Positions 39,437-53,476 are shown, counted from the first letter of the stretch. The stretch is 64,000 nucleotides of DNA from Eledone cirrhosa (GCA_964016885.1 OZ024745.1:128898001-128962000); one strand, 5' to 3'. Notes: generated by a model from the sequence alone, not told the origin. Numbers and translations are program-made.

Positions 39437-40375
39437 CATCTAGCTCTCCTCCTTTCCATCTCATCTAGCTCTCCTCCTTTCCATCTCATCTAGCTCTCCT
39501 TCTTTCCATCTCATCTAGCTCTCCTCCTTTCCATCTCATCTAGCTCTCCTTCTTTCCATCTCATCTAGCTCTCCTCCTTTCCATCTCATCTAGCTCTCCT
39601 TTCCATCTCATCTAGCTCTCCTCCTTTCCATCTCATCTAGCTCCCCTTCTTTCCGTCTCATCTATCATCTTTTCTTCTTGCCCTCTCATCTAGCTCTCCT
39701 TCTTTCCATCTCATCTAGCTCTCCTCCTTTCCATCTCATCTAGCTCTCCTTCTTTCCATCTCATCTAGCTCTCCTCCTTTCCATCTCATCTAGCTCTCCT
39801 TTCCATCTCATCTAGCTCTCCTCCTTTCCATCTCATCTAGCTCCCCTTCTTTCCGTCTCATCTATCATCTTTTCTTCTTGCCCTCTCATCTAGCTCTCCT
39901 TCTTTCCGTCTCATCTATCATCTTTTCTTCTTGCCCTCTCATCTAGCTCTCCTTCTTTCCGTCTCATCTAGCTCTCCTTCTTTCCATCTCATCTAGCTCT
40001 CCTCCTTTCCATCTCATCTAGCTCTCCTTCTTTCCATCTCATCTAGCTCTCCTCCTTTCCATCTCATCTAGCTCTCCTCCTTTCCATCTCATCTAGCTCT
40101 CCTTCTTTCCATCTCATCTAGCTCTCCTCCTTTCCATCTCATCTAGCTCTCCTCCTTTCCATCTCATCTAGCTCTCCTCCTTTCCATCTCATCTAGCTCC
40201 CCTTCTTTCCGTCTCATCTATCATCTTTTCTTCTTGCCCTCTCATCTAGCTCTCCTTCTTTCCGTCTCATCTATCATCTTTTCTTCTTGCCCTCTCATCT
40301 AGCTCTCCTTCTTTCCGTCTCATCTATCATCTTTTCTTCTTGTCCTCTCATCTAGCTCCCCTTCTTTCCACTCCT
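39437..40375. repeat. 25-bp pyrimidine-rich minisatellite (TCATCTAGCTCTCCTYCTTTCCATC) with higher-order variants
   Basis: Direct inspection. A longer variant unit (TCTATCATCTTTTCTTCTTGCCCTC) recurs periodically. Confidence 0.95.
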
Positions 40376-41134
40376 CAGTTCCACCCTTTTTTATTTCGTT
40401 TTCTTCACCCTACTCTTCTGCTTTTGGTTCCCTTTCTCTTAGCTTCTTTGCTCCTCATGTATATATACTACTCTCTGCTCTCCATCTCTATACACTTCCC
40501 TCCCTGCTCTCCATCTCTATACACTTCTCCCTGCTCACTATGATATCTATATACTTCTCCTTGCTCTCCATCTCTATACTCTCTCTACTTCACTCTCTAT
40601 ACACTCCTATCTGCTCTCCATGTATATACACTTCCCTCTGCTCTTCATCTCTATACTCTCTTTTCTTCACTCTCTATACACACCCCTCTACTCTCCATGT
40701 CTATTGTGATCTCCCTGCCCTTACTCTCATTTGCCCTAATTTTCTTTCCTTTGCTCTCTTCTCTGCTATCCTCCACTATGTTTTTCTTTCTTTTGATCTC
40801 CTTTCTGTACTTCTTTCTGCAGTCCTCCTTATTCTTCTTTCTGCTCTTCTAGCTCTTCTTTTTCTTCTCCTCTCTGCCCACCCCTTTCCTTCCTTTCCTT
40901 GCTTATTTATTTCACACTTCTTCTCTTTGCTCCTCTGCTCTTTGTTTTTCTCTTTCTCTATGCTCTCCCCTTTTATATTTTACTCTCTTCTTTGCTCCCT
41001 TTTCAGTTTTCCTTTCTATTCATTCACTCTTACTTCACTCTTTTTCTCTTTCACTCCCTCTTCTCTATTCTTCTCTGTGCTTCCTCTTCCCTTCACTTCA
41101 CTCTCATCTTCATTCTCCTTTGATGGCACCACAC

Positions 41135-41385
41135 TTCTCTCCCTTTCTCCTCACTCTCCTGTCTCTAGCTCCCTTTCTCCTCACTCTCCTGTCTCTAACT
41201 CCCTTTATCCCCACTCTCCTGTCTCTACCTCCCTTTCTCCTCACTCTCCTGTCTCTAACTCCCTTTCTCCTCACTCTCCTGTCTCTACCTCCCTTTATCC
41301 TCACTCTCCTGTCTCTACCTCCCCTTTATCCCCACTCTCCTGTCTCTACTCCCCTTTATCCCCACTCTCCTGTCATTACCTCCCC
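41135..41385. repeat. 30-bp minisatellite (TCCCTTTCTCCTCACTCTCCTGTCTCTACC), ~8 copies
   Basis: Direct inspection. Confidence 0.9.
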
Positions 41386-42173
41386 TTTCTCTATCCACAT
41401 CACTTCCCATCGTGCTTTTTACTTCCTCCAATATTAAAATCAATCAACCTCAAATATATTTGATGTTTCATCTGGAATTGATTAATGTGCATGTGTGTGT
41501 GTAGGGGGTATGAATATATTTTAAATTGTTTGTGTGTGTATATGTGTGCATGTCTTTCTGTGTGTGTGTGTGTGTGTATGTGTCTGTCTTTCTGTGTGTG
41601 TGTGTGTATATGTGTCTGTCTTTTTGTGTGTGTGTATATGTGTCTGTCTTTCTGTGTGTGGGCATGTCTTTCTTTGTGTGTGTGTTTGTGTATATATGTA
41701 TATATGTGTGTGTGTGTGTGTGTGTATATATGTATATATATATGTGTGTGTGTATGTGTCTGCTTGGAGTGTATAATAACCCTTATATTATGTTTCTTGT
41801 GGGTGTTATTTCTGTGTGTATGTGTGTGTCTGTTTGTGTGTCTGTATATGTGTGTGCCTGGATTTTATACATTTTTTTGTTGCTATATATATGTATATAT
41901 ATATATATATGTTTGTGTTTGACTATATACAAGTTTGTATCAATGCCTGTATAGGTGTGCGTATATATCCTTTGCTGTATGATTGCAGTGTGTGTTTATG
42001 ATGTGTGTCAGTATATATGTGTGTGTGTGCTCGTGTGTACACAAATTACTATCTGCATGTTTAATGTGTTGTGGGTGTATTATTAGATTATGTATGTAAA
42101 TATATGCATATACATACATATATTATAATGCTGTGTTTATGTATATGAAGTTCTTAAAGTATGTATGTATATA

Positions 42174-42278
<105 letters not shown>

Positions 42279-42512
42279 ATGTGTGTATGTATATATGTGT
42301 GTGTATGTATATATGTGTGTATGTATATGTATATATGTGTATGTATATATGTGTATATATATGTGTATATATATGTATATGTGTGTGTGTATATATGTAT
42401 ATGTGTGTGTGTATATGTATATATGTGTGTGTGTATATGTATATATGTATATGTGTGTATGTATATATATGTGTATGTGTATATATGTGTGTGTGTATAT
42501 ATATACATACAC

Positions 42513-42563
<51 letters not shown>

Positions 42564-42975
42564 TACACACACATGTACACATTATATGCCATCACCATCA
42601 TCAATATTCATGTATGTCAGTTTCCATAGTGGCATGTGCTGGATAGATAGGGGTCCATATAATACACACACACACACACATATATATTGTGTGTGTATGT
42701 ATATATACAGTTTGGGCTTACAAAGAAGCAAAAGTTCTTCATGTGGTAGAGATCATTCTTATATAGAAAGTATTGTTAAAGTGAAGCTTTAGATCCAAAC
42801 AAATTGAGTGGCCATATCTACACACACATCTATCAGTGCATTTGTTTCAGTGGCTGACACCATAAAGTATTATTTTCTACTCTGTCTGTGTGTGTGTGTG
42901 TCTGTGTGTGTGTGTGTGTGTGAAGAGGTTTTACACAGCATGGAATGTTAATATCTATGTGCAGTTTATTTTCAG

Positions 42976-43028
42976 ATTAGAAAGCAAGATATCCTTCCTT
43001 TAGACATTAAATATCAAATGGAAAGTTG
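42976..43028 (+). CDS. Possible 53-nt exon
   Basis: TTTTCAG acceptor and TG|GTACGT donor. Spliced to 30562 it reads RLESKISFL*; in phase 0 it is open (IRKQDILPLDIKYQMES). Confidence 0.3.
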
Positions 43029-43763
43029 GTACGTTTTATATGTGTATGTATGAAGTACATTAGATATGTGTGTGTGTGTGTGTGTGTGAGAAGTTGCGAA
43101 CACACACACACAGTAATTCATAGGCAAAAATCTTTGTCTTTGGAGAGCAATGATGTAGATTGTTCGTTTTTCAATAATGGTTATGATGATGATGATAATA
43201 TTTTTTGTAATTTAGGCACAAGGCTAGCAATTTTAAGGGAAAGAGGAAAGTTGATTAACCCTTTAGTTTCCAACCCGGCCAAAACTGGCTCAGATTCTAT
43301 GAAATAAAACCACTCCTTTTAAAGGTTTCTAATTTAAATTAAAATTTTCCAACATAATTTTATTTAAAGAACTTTGCATTAAGTTATCTTAGTAATGAAA
43401 TAATTAATAAATTTAGTAAATCCCTCAAAATTCGTCTTTAATTTATTAAAATGGAGTGTATTTCATTAGGAATGTAGTCATGACTGTTACTTCATTTTAT
43501 TAAACCCCGGATGAAATTCACCTCGGTGGAATATGAATTCAGAATGTAAAATACTGTGAAACAAATGTCACAAAATATTTTGTCCAACACTGTAATAATT
43601 GTTTCTGACAGAAACCAAATGCCAAAAAATTTGCTGGATTTGTGGATAATCAATTAAATCTATACCAATAACTGATTAGTACTTCATTTAATCTACTCTG
43701 GAATGATGAAAGGTGAAATTAGCTTCAGCAGAATTTGAAATGAGATGGTAGAGAAGGAGTAAA

Positions 43764-44720
43764 AATAATTGTTTCTACTTTTGGCACAAGGCCAGCAATT
43801 ATCCCAGTGCATTACTGGTACTTTATTTTATCAACCCCCGTAAGGATGAAAGGCAAAGTTAACTTCGGCAGGATTGGAACTCAGAACATAAAGGGCCACA
43901 ACTCTATGCTGCAAAGCATGTCGTCTGACACTACCGATGCTGCCTAATGACTCCCAAAGTCACAAATCAGAGGTTGGGAACCTTTTCATGTTGAAAGACC
44001 GTTACTTGTAATATAATAAAGCTGCATTCAAGAAACCATAATTATATATTCTTAAAATCTACATTATTTTGTAAATATCTAATTACTATATACTAATTAT
44101 CTAAAAAAAAATAAACAAAAATAAACGAAAAACAAACGTAGTTTTAAAGCTAATTATCTTTAAATGACTTTGTTATGGCTGCTTGTTGTAGGAAAACATT
44201 CTGATATTTGGTTGTAGTGTGGAGGCCCGAAGTTTCAAGTGAACCTTGAGGCAGTCTTCCACTCTTTATGATCTCAAAGGCGTCTTGATTTGGGTTACAT
44301 ATGAGAATGTAGGTTTGCAGCAATAAGTGGTTTAAATTAAAATAATGGTTTCTGATTTAGTCCCAAGGCCAACAATTTGAGGGGCGGGGGGGGGGGGGGT
44401 CGTTAAATTGACACCAGTGCATTACTGGTACTTTATTTTATCGACCCCCATAAGGATGAAAGGCAAAGCTAACCTCGGTAGGATTTGACTCAGAATGTAA
44501 AGGGCTGTAACTCTAGGCCACAAAGCTCTACTCATACTGCCAATCCACCTCACTTATAATAATAATAATAATTGTTTCTACTTTAGGCACAAGGCCAGCA
44601 ATTACTCAGTGCATTACTGGTACTTTATTTTATCGACCCCGTAAGGATGAAAGGCAAAGTTAACCTCGGCGGGATTTGAACTCAAACCGTAAAGGGACGT
44701 AATTATGCTGGAAAGCATGA
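43764..44720 (-). mobile_element. Three family A SINEs (43764-43950, 44342-44550, 44568-44720)
   Basis: Reverse-complement consensus matches. Confidence 0.8.
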
Positions 44721-44981
44721 ATGGGGGAGGCTAAAAGCAAAACACAAAACAAGAGAAAAACCAGAAACATTGAAGAAGATAGAAGTAAAAGATTGAGATG
44801 AACACTAAAATTGAAGACATGGGACATTAAACCAACCCTCCTCCCAGGATTTAAAATATAACTAAATACATCAAGGCTCAATGGTCCACCAGTTTTGTCA
44901 TCTACTCTCCTCAATAATTGTGTAGAAGACTTATTCCATTACCAGGCTTAACACTGTTACTTGGACCTTGAGTGCTTTTAA

Positions 44982-45198
44982 CCTTTTAGTATTTACATTA
45001 CTCTACCGTATATATATTATTGTATTTTTGTGGTAAAGGCTTCATCTTACAATATTATTATTGAATCTATGAGATTTTGATGCTATTTATTTTGAGAACA
45101 ATACCTTAACATCAGTATAAGTGGCAAGTTACAGCTGGTTTGAACAAAAAGAAGTGAGAGAATTATGGCCAGATAGAGTCACTTTAAATGCTAAAGAG
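44982..45198 (-). mobile_element. piggyBac-like MITE P1
   Basis: TTAA on both sides, decayed TIRs, homologous body. Confidence 0.75.
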
Positions 45199-45731
45199 TT
45201 AATAGAGTTTACTTTATTGCAAGCATTCAGACCACAATGCCAAATTGAAGATATTAACCACCTTTCCACTCCCCTGTTTTGGAGGCCCTAAAAGAATAAA
45301 GAATTATGAGCACTGCTCTAAACAGCAACAGAGAAAACAAAACATCATTTTTCATATTTTCTAATAAGATACATATGCAAGCGCTATCTTATTTATGCTC
45401 CACCTTGTTCAGACATACATACTTCATACACATAAATATGAAATCCCATCACATTAGCTTTGAGAGTTCATTGAAGTTTCATAGGTGCTCTCTCATTTCT
45501 TCTTTTTTTTCTTTTAAATAAGAGTTGACGCCAAAACTTGGCATCTAGCAGCCTTATTATAATTGATGGGACTAAAATAAGCTGAAGAATTTGAACTCAA
45601 AAAGCACAAAACTGAAACAGATACCCCACAAGGCATCTCATATAATACTCAAAAAATTCAGTCAATTCACTGCCCTACATGGGTAATATATCTAGTGACA
45701 CCAAAACGATGAAAAATAAGATTGAACTTAA

Positions 45732-45939
45732 CCCTTTTAACATTTACATTACTCTATATATACTATTGTATTTTTGTGGTAAAGACTTATCTTACATAAT
45801 ATTGAACCTAAGAGATTTTGATGTTATTTATTTTGAGAACAATACCTTAACATCAGTATGAGTGGCTTGTTATGGTAGGTTTAAACAGAAAGAGGTGAGA
45901 GAATTCTGGCTGGATATGGCCAGTTTAAATGCTAAAGGG
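45732..45939 (-). mobile_element. piggyBac-like MITE P1
   Basis: TTAA-CCC...GGG-TTAA. Confidence 0.85.
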
Positions 45940-46116
45940 TTAATGGGATTTGAACTCAGAGCATAGACAGATATTAACTCTGCTAATTTATTCTCTTAAA
46001 TGCTTACACTTTAAATAATGGTTTCTGATTTAGGCACAAGACCAACAATTTTGAGGGTAGGGGAAAGTCATTTAAATCCGGTATGTTACTGATGCTTTAT
46101 TTTATGAACCCCTTAA

Positions 46117-46323
46117 CGCTTTAGCATTTAAATCAGCCATATCCGTCCAGAATTCTCTCACCTCTTTCTGTTCAAACTGGCTGTAACTGGCCACTCATAC
46201 TGATGTTAAGGTATTGTTCTCAAAATAAATTAGATCAAAATCTCATAGATTCGATATTATGCGAGGTAAAGCCTTTACCATGAAAATATGATAGTAAATA
46301 TAGAGTAATGTGATATTAAAGGG
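46117..46323 (+). mobile_element. piggyBac-like MITE P1 nested in a family A SINE
   Basis: TTAA duplicated at 46113-46116 and 46324-46327, splitting the SINE motif ACCCC|TAAGGATG. Confidence 0.8.
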
Positions 46324-46999
46324 TTAAGGATGTGTGACATGGATTTTTTAACATGGCAGTTTGTTTATACTGTTCTCATATATATATTACTCCCTTACTG
46401 ATGTCAGTCATTAGACTATGGCCATACTGGGGCACTGCTTCCAAAGATTTCAGAGTGCATATGTGTGTGTGTGTGTGTGTACTCACACACATATTTACCA
46501 ACACACACACAGATACATGAAGGAACTTTCTGATAATGTTCCTTAATTTTTCTAATAATTTGTATACTCACCAGAATAAATTAAATTAAATTGAAGGAAA
46601 TGCAATTTTAAAAAAAGGGTGTGGGGCCCCTACTTCTCTGATCATGTAAAAAAAAAAAAATGAAAGAGGGAAGCCAAAAAAAAATCCAAACATAGATGAA
46701 TGGAATAAGGAGAAGAAGAAAAATGATAGAATATAAGAAAGAATCTTTGCTACTTGATGCTGGAAGTTAAAGCAGGGTTCTGCCTACTCTTACTATCACC
46801 CCATTGCTGCTGCTGTTGCTGAGGTAGCTGCTGCTGAGGATGTTGGGGGAGGCTTAACTTTTTTATCTATATATTTTTTAATATATACTACCAGGCAAGT
46901 GATTAAATTCCAAAAACAACCTGGAGGAATTTCACCAACTGGAGCCACTAATCTCCCTCCACCTACAACTATTGGCACGCACACACACACCCACACACA

Positions 47000-47049
<50 letters not shown>

Positions 47050-47124
47050 TGTGTGTGTGTGTATTTATGTATATATCTATATCTATATAGGTATATATAT
47101 GTATATCTTATATATCTCTATAGG

Positions 47125-47178
<54 letters not shown>

Positions 47179-47272
47179 TGTATGTATGTATGTATGTATG
47201 TATGTATGTATGTATGTGTGTGTATATATATATACTTATATATGTATGTGTGTGTGTATATATATATTTATA

Positions 47273-47312
<40 letters not shown>

Positions 47313-47611
47313 CACTGAATATACCTACATAGTCTGTAATCTTCTAAATCTTTGTTTATGTCCTTTGCTGTTTTATTGAATTACATGCTAACAAAGCAGC
47401 CCTTTATAGCAGTGGATAATGTGTGTGTGTGTATATATACACACATATATATATATACATGCATAGATACACTCACACACATGCATATATGCACCCATCT
47501 ATATTATGAGCATGTGTGTGTGTATATATATATACACACACACACATATATATATGTATATATATATATATATGTATACATATATATATATACATATATA
47601 TATATGTATAC

Positions 47612-47744
<133 letters not shown>

Positions 47745-47778
47745 AACATATATATACACACATAAACATATATATATG

Positions 47779-47900
<122 letters not shown>

Positions 47901-48698
47901 CACACATATAAACATATATATATATATATATACACACATATAAACATATATACATATATATATATACACACACACACACACAGACATCCACATATGCTCA
48001 TGTACATAATACACATACACACACAAACATATATATATATGTGTGTGTGTGTGTATGTAGTGGAAGCATGACCAGGAGAGGGAAAGCTTTATAATCAATG
48101 TGTGATGTTAGAAGATAGTGGAGGGGTGGGGGGTAGGATCAAGAGAGGGGGAGGTGGTGGGGGGGGGGGGGTGAAAGAGTCTCTAATCAATGTTTGGAAA
48201 ACTACTTGCCCAAAGTCAATGACCCAAATGAAGCTATTTACACTTAGTTTTACTTTTTGGAATTGTTTATGTTATTGTAGTAGTGGTGGTGGTAGAAGTA
48301 GTAGTAATAGTGGTAGTGGCTGTGGTAATGGTAGTAGCAGTAATGGTGGTGGTGGTAGTAGTAGTAATAGTGGTAGTTGTAGTAGTAATGGTGGTGGTAG
48401 TAATAGTAGTGGTAGTAGTAATGGTGGTGGTAGTAGAAGTAGTAGTAGTAGTAGTGGCTGTGGTAATAGTAGTAGTGGCTGTGGTAGTAGTAGTAATGGT
48501 GGTGGTGGTAGTAGTAGTAATAGTGGTAGTAGTAGTGGCTGTGGTAATGGTAGTAGTAGTAGTAGTAGTAGTGGTAGTTGTTGCTATCTCAAATCATTTC
48601 TCTTACAACCACCACCACCAACACATTTTAGAGAGGAAAGAAATAGCATGGTTCTTATTCTGTTCCTCATATTCTAATTAAAGTTATATGTATAACGA

Positions 48699-48862
48699 CT
48701 AAGGTGTGGTAAGGAACCAGATGGACCATGACGCACCAAAGTACTCAATACTTAGGGTAGTAGAGTGGGTAGTAGGAAAATGTTAGATCCCGACGGCTAT
48801 TTCTGGACCCAGAAATAGCCGTCGAAACGGCTTGAGCTCTGCCGTCGGGGTCTAACATTTTC
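48699..48862. mobile_element. Palindromic half-hammerhead element (family of 10057-10232), tail on the left
   Basis: Three stems: GAAAATGTTAGATCCC/GGGGTCTAACATTTTC, GACGGCTATTTCTG/CAGAAATAGCCGTC, and GAAA-CGGC...GCCG-TC. Confidence 0.75.
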
Positions 48863-49191
48863 ATATATATATGTGTGTGTGTATATATATATAGAGTAAT
48901 AAGAAATGTAAAGATATACATGGAGATATACATGAACGAGACACAGTCACCCAGCCCAATTTGCCTCTAAATGGAACAAAGCCGTCTAACCCATGCTAGG
49001 ATGAAAGATGGATGTTAAACAATGCTAGTACGTGTGTGTATGTATATATATATGTGTGTGTGTGTATATAAAAAAGCTAGTTCCACAACATATTAGCAAA
49101 CCATCTTCAAGGACACGTGTTTCACCCAATGAATTTTCAACTCGGGTGGGTGAGGATGTGCTGAAAAACGTTTTTATTATCAAGTATGCAA

Positions 49192-49400
49192 GGGTGGTGG
49201 ATTGGCAGTATCGGTAGAGGGCCGGACACCATGCTTTGACGCATAGAGTTACGGCCCTTTATGATCTGAGTTCAAATCCCGCCGAGGTTAACAACTTTGC
49301 CTTTCATCCTTATGGAGTCGATGAAATAAAGTACCAGTAATGTACTGGAGTCGATTTAATCAACTTACCCCCTCCCCCAAAATTGCTGGCCTTGTGACTA
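49192..49400 (+). mobile_element. Full-length family A SINE
   Basis: Consensus match. Confidence 0.85.
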
Positions 49401-50044
49401 TATAAGCAACCATTTTTATTATTTGTTTCACTGTACTTGCATTGAAGTATATTTGGATTAACGTAACCTTCCTTGTTTGTAATAATATCTATACATGTGA
49501 AAATTGGATTTATAAAAGAATTTTCTTTTTTCATAGCTGGAATGTAGAATATATTACTGTCTTAATTATTCCAAACTATTCACACTGCCATAAAGTAATT
49601 GGATCTTGTGCCAGTTGTGATGTAGTGTATCCAAAGTTATTGAAGTAAAGCAGAGCTTTCCAAATTTTCACTTTGGTGACACATGTTTTTGTTAGCAATG
49701 CAAAATTAATGAATTTAATAAATATGCAATTAAATATGATATCATGTGTCACCAGTCACATGTCTCGTTATAGATAGAGTTTTTGAGATCTCAAATATTC
49801 AAGAATATCTATGTTATACACAGGGTTTTTGAGATTTCAAATATACATGAAAATCTGTTATGCACAGGGTTTTTGAGATCTGAAATATACATGAAATATA
49901 CACTCACACAAACACACAAATGCACTCAGACAAACACACACACAAACAAAAACACTCACAAACACACACTCATACGCACACACATTATTCTGATTAAAAC
50001 AAAACTTACACTCACACAGAGCTGGCATATCTAAGAACTGACTA

Positions 50045-50100
50045 ACTGTCTGATGAGGTCATAGCCATTCAATGGCTATCATCGAAATATATATAGCAGT
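50045..50100 (+). ncRNA. Type I hammerhead ribozyme motif
   Basis: ACTGT-CTGATGA-GGT-c-ATAGCCAT/TCA/ATGGCTAT-c-ATC-GAAA-TATATA-TA-GCAGT. Confidence 0.85.
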
Positions 50101-50171
50101 AAATAAAGGATTATGAGTTCATGCAATTGACTTATGTTTCGTCACTATATATATATATATTTATATATATA

Positions 50172-50594
50172 TGTAGGAGGTGAGTTTTATTGTAGTACAA
50201 TAAAGCAATGCAGATATCGGATAAGAAGCACTCTACAGTTTGTGGGACTGGAGTATGCATAATATAAGATCAAAAGATGGTTAAAGGAGTTCCATATATT
50301 TTATTATGCGCATTTCAAAAACAAACATCATCAAGCAATAATATTTGTGTTTTCATCAGATAAAATAGGAGAACATGATATGAAGGCTAAAAAACACTTG
50401 TTGATAGTGCAGTTTTTAATCAACATATGTTGATTTAAAACTGCACTATCAACAAGTGTTTTTTAGCCTTCATATCATGTTCTCCTATTTTATCTGATGA
50501 AAACACAAATATTATTGCTTGATGATGTTTGTTTTTGAAATGCGCATAATAAAATATATGGAACTCCTTTAACCATCTTTTGATCTTATATTAT
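50172..50594. mobile_element. Loopless palindrome (168-bp arms, centre 50426/50427) plus ~87-nt left tail, HHR in each arm
   Basis: Nearly perfect reverse complement. Flanked by (TA)n. Same family as 4190-4436. Confidence 0.9.
50486..50556 (+). ncRNA. Type I hammerhead ribozyme motif (mirror on - strand at 50297-50367)
   Basis: TATTTTAT-CTGATGA, long stem II, GAAA-TGCGCA-TA-ATAAAATA. Confidence 0.85.
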
Positions 50595-50615
50595 TTATAT
50601 ATATATATATATATA

Positions 50616-52558
50616 TATTAGAAAGATCGAGTATCGAAAAATCGGCGCACGAGTTCACGAAAAACGAAATTCGATATGAGCGGCAGAGGGCTCAATAATT
50701 AAGATGAATCAGAGCTATAACTATCGTTAAAATACCGTCACATATAGAACAAGTCTACAATCAACCATACGATTTAAAATCGATAAAGGAAGATTCGGGC
50801 CAAACAGATAAAAAATATCAATAAAACAATACGTCAATAATTTAAATGAATGTAAAATCATACCCGGACCCACTAGAATGGTGTTAAATCTAGCTTCATG
50901 GGTTTCTGTAAATCCTTAGACAGTACTCTATCAGCTCACATATAAATATAAAAGCCTACTAGAATAAGTGGAACGGAGTTTACGTTGTCAACGAGTTTTA
51001 TCCTGGCGGCAAAGGAGTCAACTAGCGGTGAAAAACGCACATGGCATTAGACAAGGGAGATGACCCCTATATCCGCGAAAACAATTCGAGTGAATGTGGA
51101 AATACACATATCGAATTAGAGTGCTCAATAGACATGTTAAAATAAAACAAAAGCTATTCATCACTCAATAGAATCGACAAAAAATGAGCAATAAAATTAA
51201 CTGGTGGATAGCTATGTCCAGAGCTAAATATATTAGAAAGATCGAGTATCGAAAAATCGGCGCACGAGTTCACGAAAAACGAAATTCGATATGAGCGGCA
51301 GAGGGCTCAATAAATCAGATGAATCAGAGCTATAACTATCGTTAAAATACCGTCACATATAGAACAAGTCTACAATCAACCATACGATTTAAAATCGATA
51401 AAGGAAGATTCGGGCCAAACAGATAAAAAATATCAATAAAACAATACGTCAATAATTTAAATGAATGTAAAATCATACCCGGACCCACTAGAATGGTGTT
51501 AAATCTAGCTTCATGGGTTTCTGTGAATCCTTAGACAGTACTCTATCAGCTCACATATAAATATAAAAGCCTACTAGAATAAGTGGAACGGAGTTTACGT
51601 TGTCAACGAGTTTTATCCTGGCGGCAAAGGAGTCAACTAGCGGTGAAAAACGCACATGGCATTAGACAAGGGAGATGACCCCTATATCCGCGAAAACAAT
51701 TCGAGTGAATGTGGAAATACACATATCGAATTAGAGTGCTCAATAGACATGTTAAAATAAAACAAAAGCTATTCATCACTCAATAGAATCGACAAAAAAT
51801 GAGCAATAAAATTAACTGGTGGATAGCTATGTCCAGAGCTAAATATATTAGAAAGATCGAGTATCGAAAAATCGGCGCACGAGTTCACGAAAAACGAAAT
51901 TCGATATGAGCGGCAGAGGGCTCAATAATTCAGATGAATCAGAGCTATAACTATCGTTAAAATACCGTCACATATAGAACAAGTCTACAATCAACCATAC
52001 GATTTAAAATCGATAAAGGAAGATTCGGGCCAAACAGATAAAAAATATCAATAAAACAATACGTCAATAATTTAAATGAATGTAAAATCATACCCGGACC
52101 CACTAGAATGGTGTTAATCTAGCTTCATGGGTTTCTGTAAATCCTTAGACAGTACTCTATCAGCTCACATATAAATATAAAAGCCTACTAGAATAAGTGG
52201 AACGGAGTTTACGTTGTCAACGAGTTTTATCCTGGCGGCAAAGGAGTCAACTAGCGGTGAAAAACGCACATGGCATTAGACAAGGGAGATGACCCCTATA
52301 TCCGCGAAAACAATTCGAGTGAATGTGGAAATACACATATCGAATTAGAGTGCTCAATAGACATGTTAAAATAAAACAAAAGCTATTCATCACTCAATAG
52401 AATCGACAAAAAATGAGCAATAAAATTAACTGGTGGATAGCTATGTCCAGAGCTAAATATATTAGAAAGATCGAGTATCGAAAAATCGGCGCACGAGTTC
52501 ACGAAAAACGAAATTCGATATGAGCGGCAGAGGGCTCAATAATTCAGATGAATCAGAG

Positions 52559-52563
<5 letters not shown>
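50616..52563. repeat. Head-to-tail array of a 615-bp unit (3 full copies + ~100 bp) inside (TA)n
   Basis: TATTAGAAAGATCG starts at 50616, 51231, 51846 and 52460. Copies differ at only a few positions and are CpG-rich. Confidence 0.95.
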
Positions 52564-52651
<88 letters not shown>

Positions 52652-52687
52652 TCACAGGAATCAAAGTTATGTTCAAAGCATTTATTC

Positions 52688-52732
52688 GCTTACAATTGTT
52701 TCATCCAAACCGAGGCTTGGAGTCTTCGGAGC
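52688..52732 (-). ncRNA. Hammerhead motif with one core change (CCGAAGA)
   Basis: GCT-CCGAAGA-C-TCCAAGC/CTCG/GTTTGGA-T-GAAA-CAATTG-TA-AGC, inside a ~130-bp island between (TA)n runs. Confidence 0.65.
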
Positions 52733-52895
52733 ATTTTTCAATGTTTGTACACTTACATGACCTCCTTTCCAACGCATATATATATTATATATATATATAT
52801 AATATATATATATAATATATATAATATATATATATATATAATATATATAATATATATATATATATAATATATATATATAATATATATATAATATA

Positions 52896-53476
52896 TTTCG
52901 TTTCTGAATTTGTTTAGCAAGATTCTTTATCTGAAAACGTGTGTTAAAACCGATATTGTTATACTTTTGGAGGGTCATGTTGCTAATAAGAAACACACGC
53001 ACCAGTTGCTTTCACTTCAATTTATTATAATAAATTTATAAATTTAGGAATTTATAAATTTCTGGTTGTTTGGTTGGTTCCACAACCAGATGATTGTTTA
53101 TATATTGTCAAAGTTCTTTCGTCACACATTCTGTGACCTCTTCAGTGATTGGGGATTCTTTTCTTTGTTTTTGTGCCTCTCCTTTGTTCTGTCCTATGCC
53201 ATCTTGTTTTTGTGTGTGTGTTGCGTGCTTAGTTTGCGCATGTGTTACATCCACGTGTCTGTGTGTGTTTATATTCGTTTATTTGTTTATTTACATGTTA
53301 CTGGTGACGAAAGAACTTTGACAATATATAAACAATCATTTGGTTGTGGAACCAACCAAACAACCAGAAATTTATAAATTCCTAAATTTATAAATTTATT
53401 ATAATAAATTGAAGTGAAAGCAACTGGTGCGTGTGTTTCTTATTGGCAACATGACCCTCCCAAAGTATAACAATAT
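52896..53476. mobile_element. Fold-back element: 173-bp arms (52953-53125 / 53304-53476), ~57-nt left tail
   Basis: Reverse-complement arms with few mismatches. TA flanks. Confidence 0.85.
53108..53148 (-). ncRNA. Minimal hammerhead motif at the inner edge of the left arm
   Basis: TCA-CTGAAGA-G-GTCAC/AGAATGT/GTGAC-GAAA-GAAC-TT-TGA. Confidence 0.7.

Noticed and set aside
43968-43990. hAT/Charlie-like terminus CAGAGGTTGGGAACCTTTT
   Set aside because: No matching opposite TIR or 8-bp TSD found.
50892-50936. Hammerhead-like CTGATAGA...GAAAC on the - strand of the 615-bp unit
   Set aside because: Extra base in the core and no valid NUH with stems I and III. Not accepted without a covariance-model hit.
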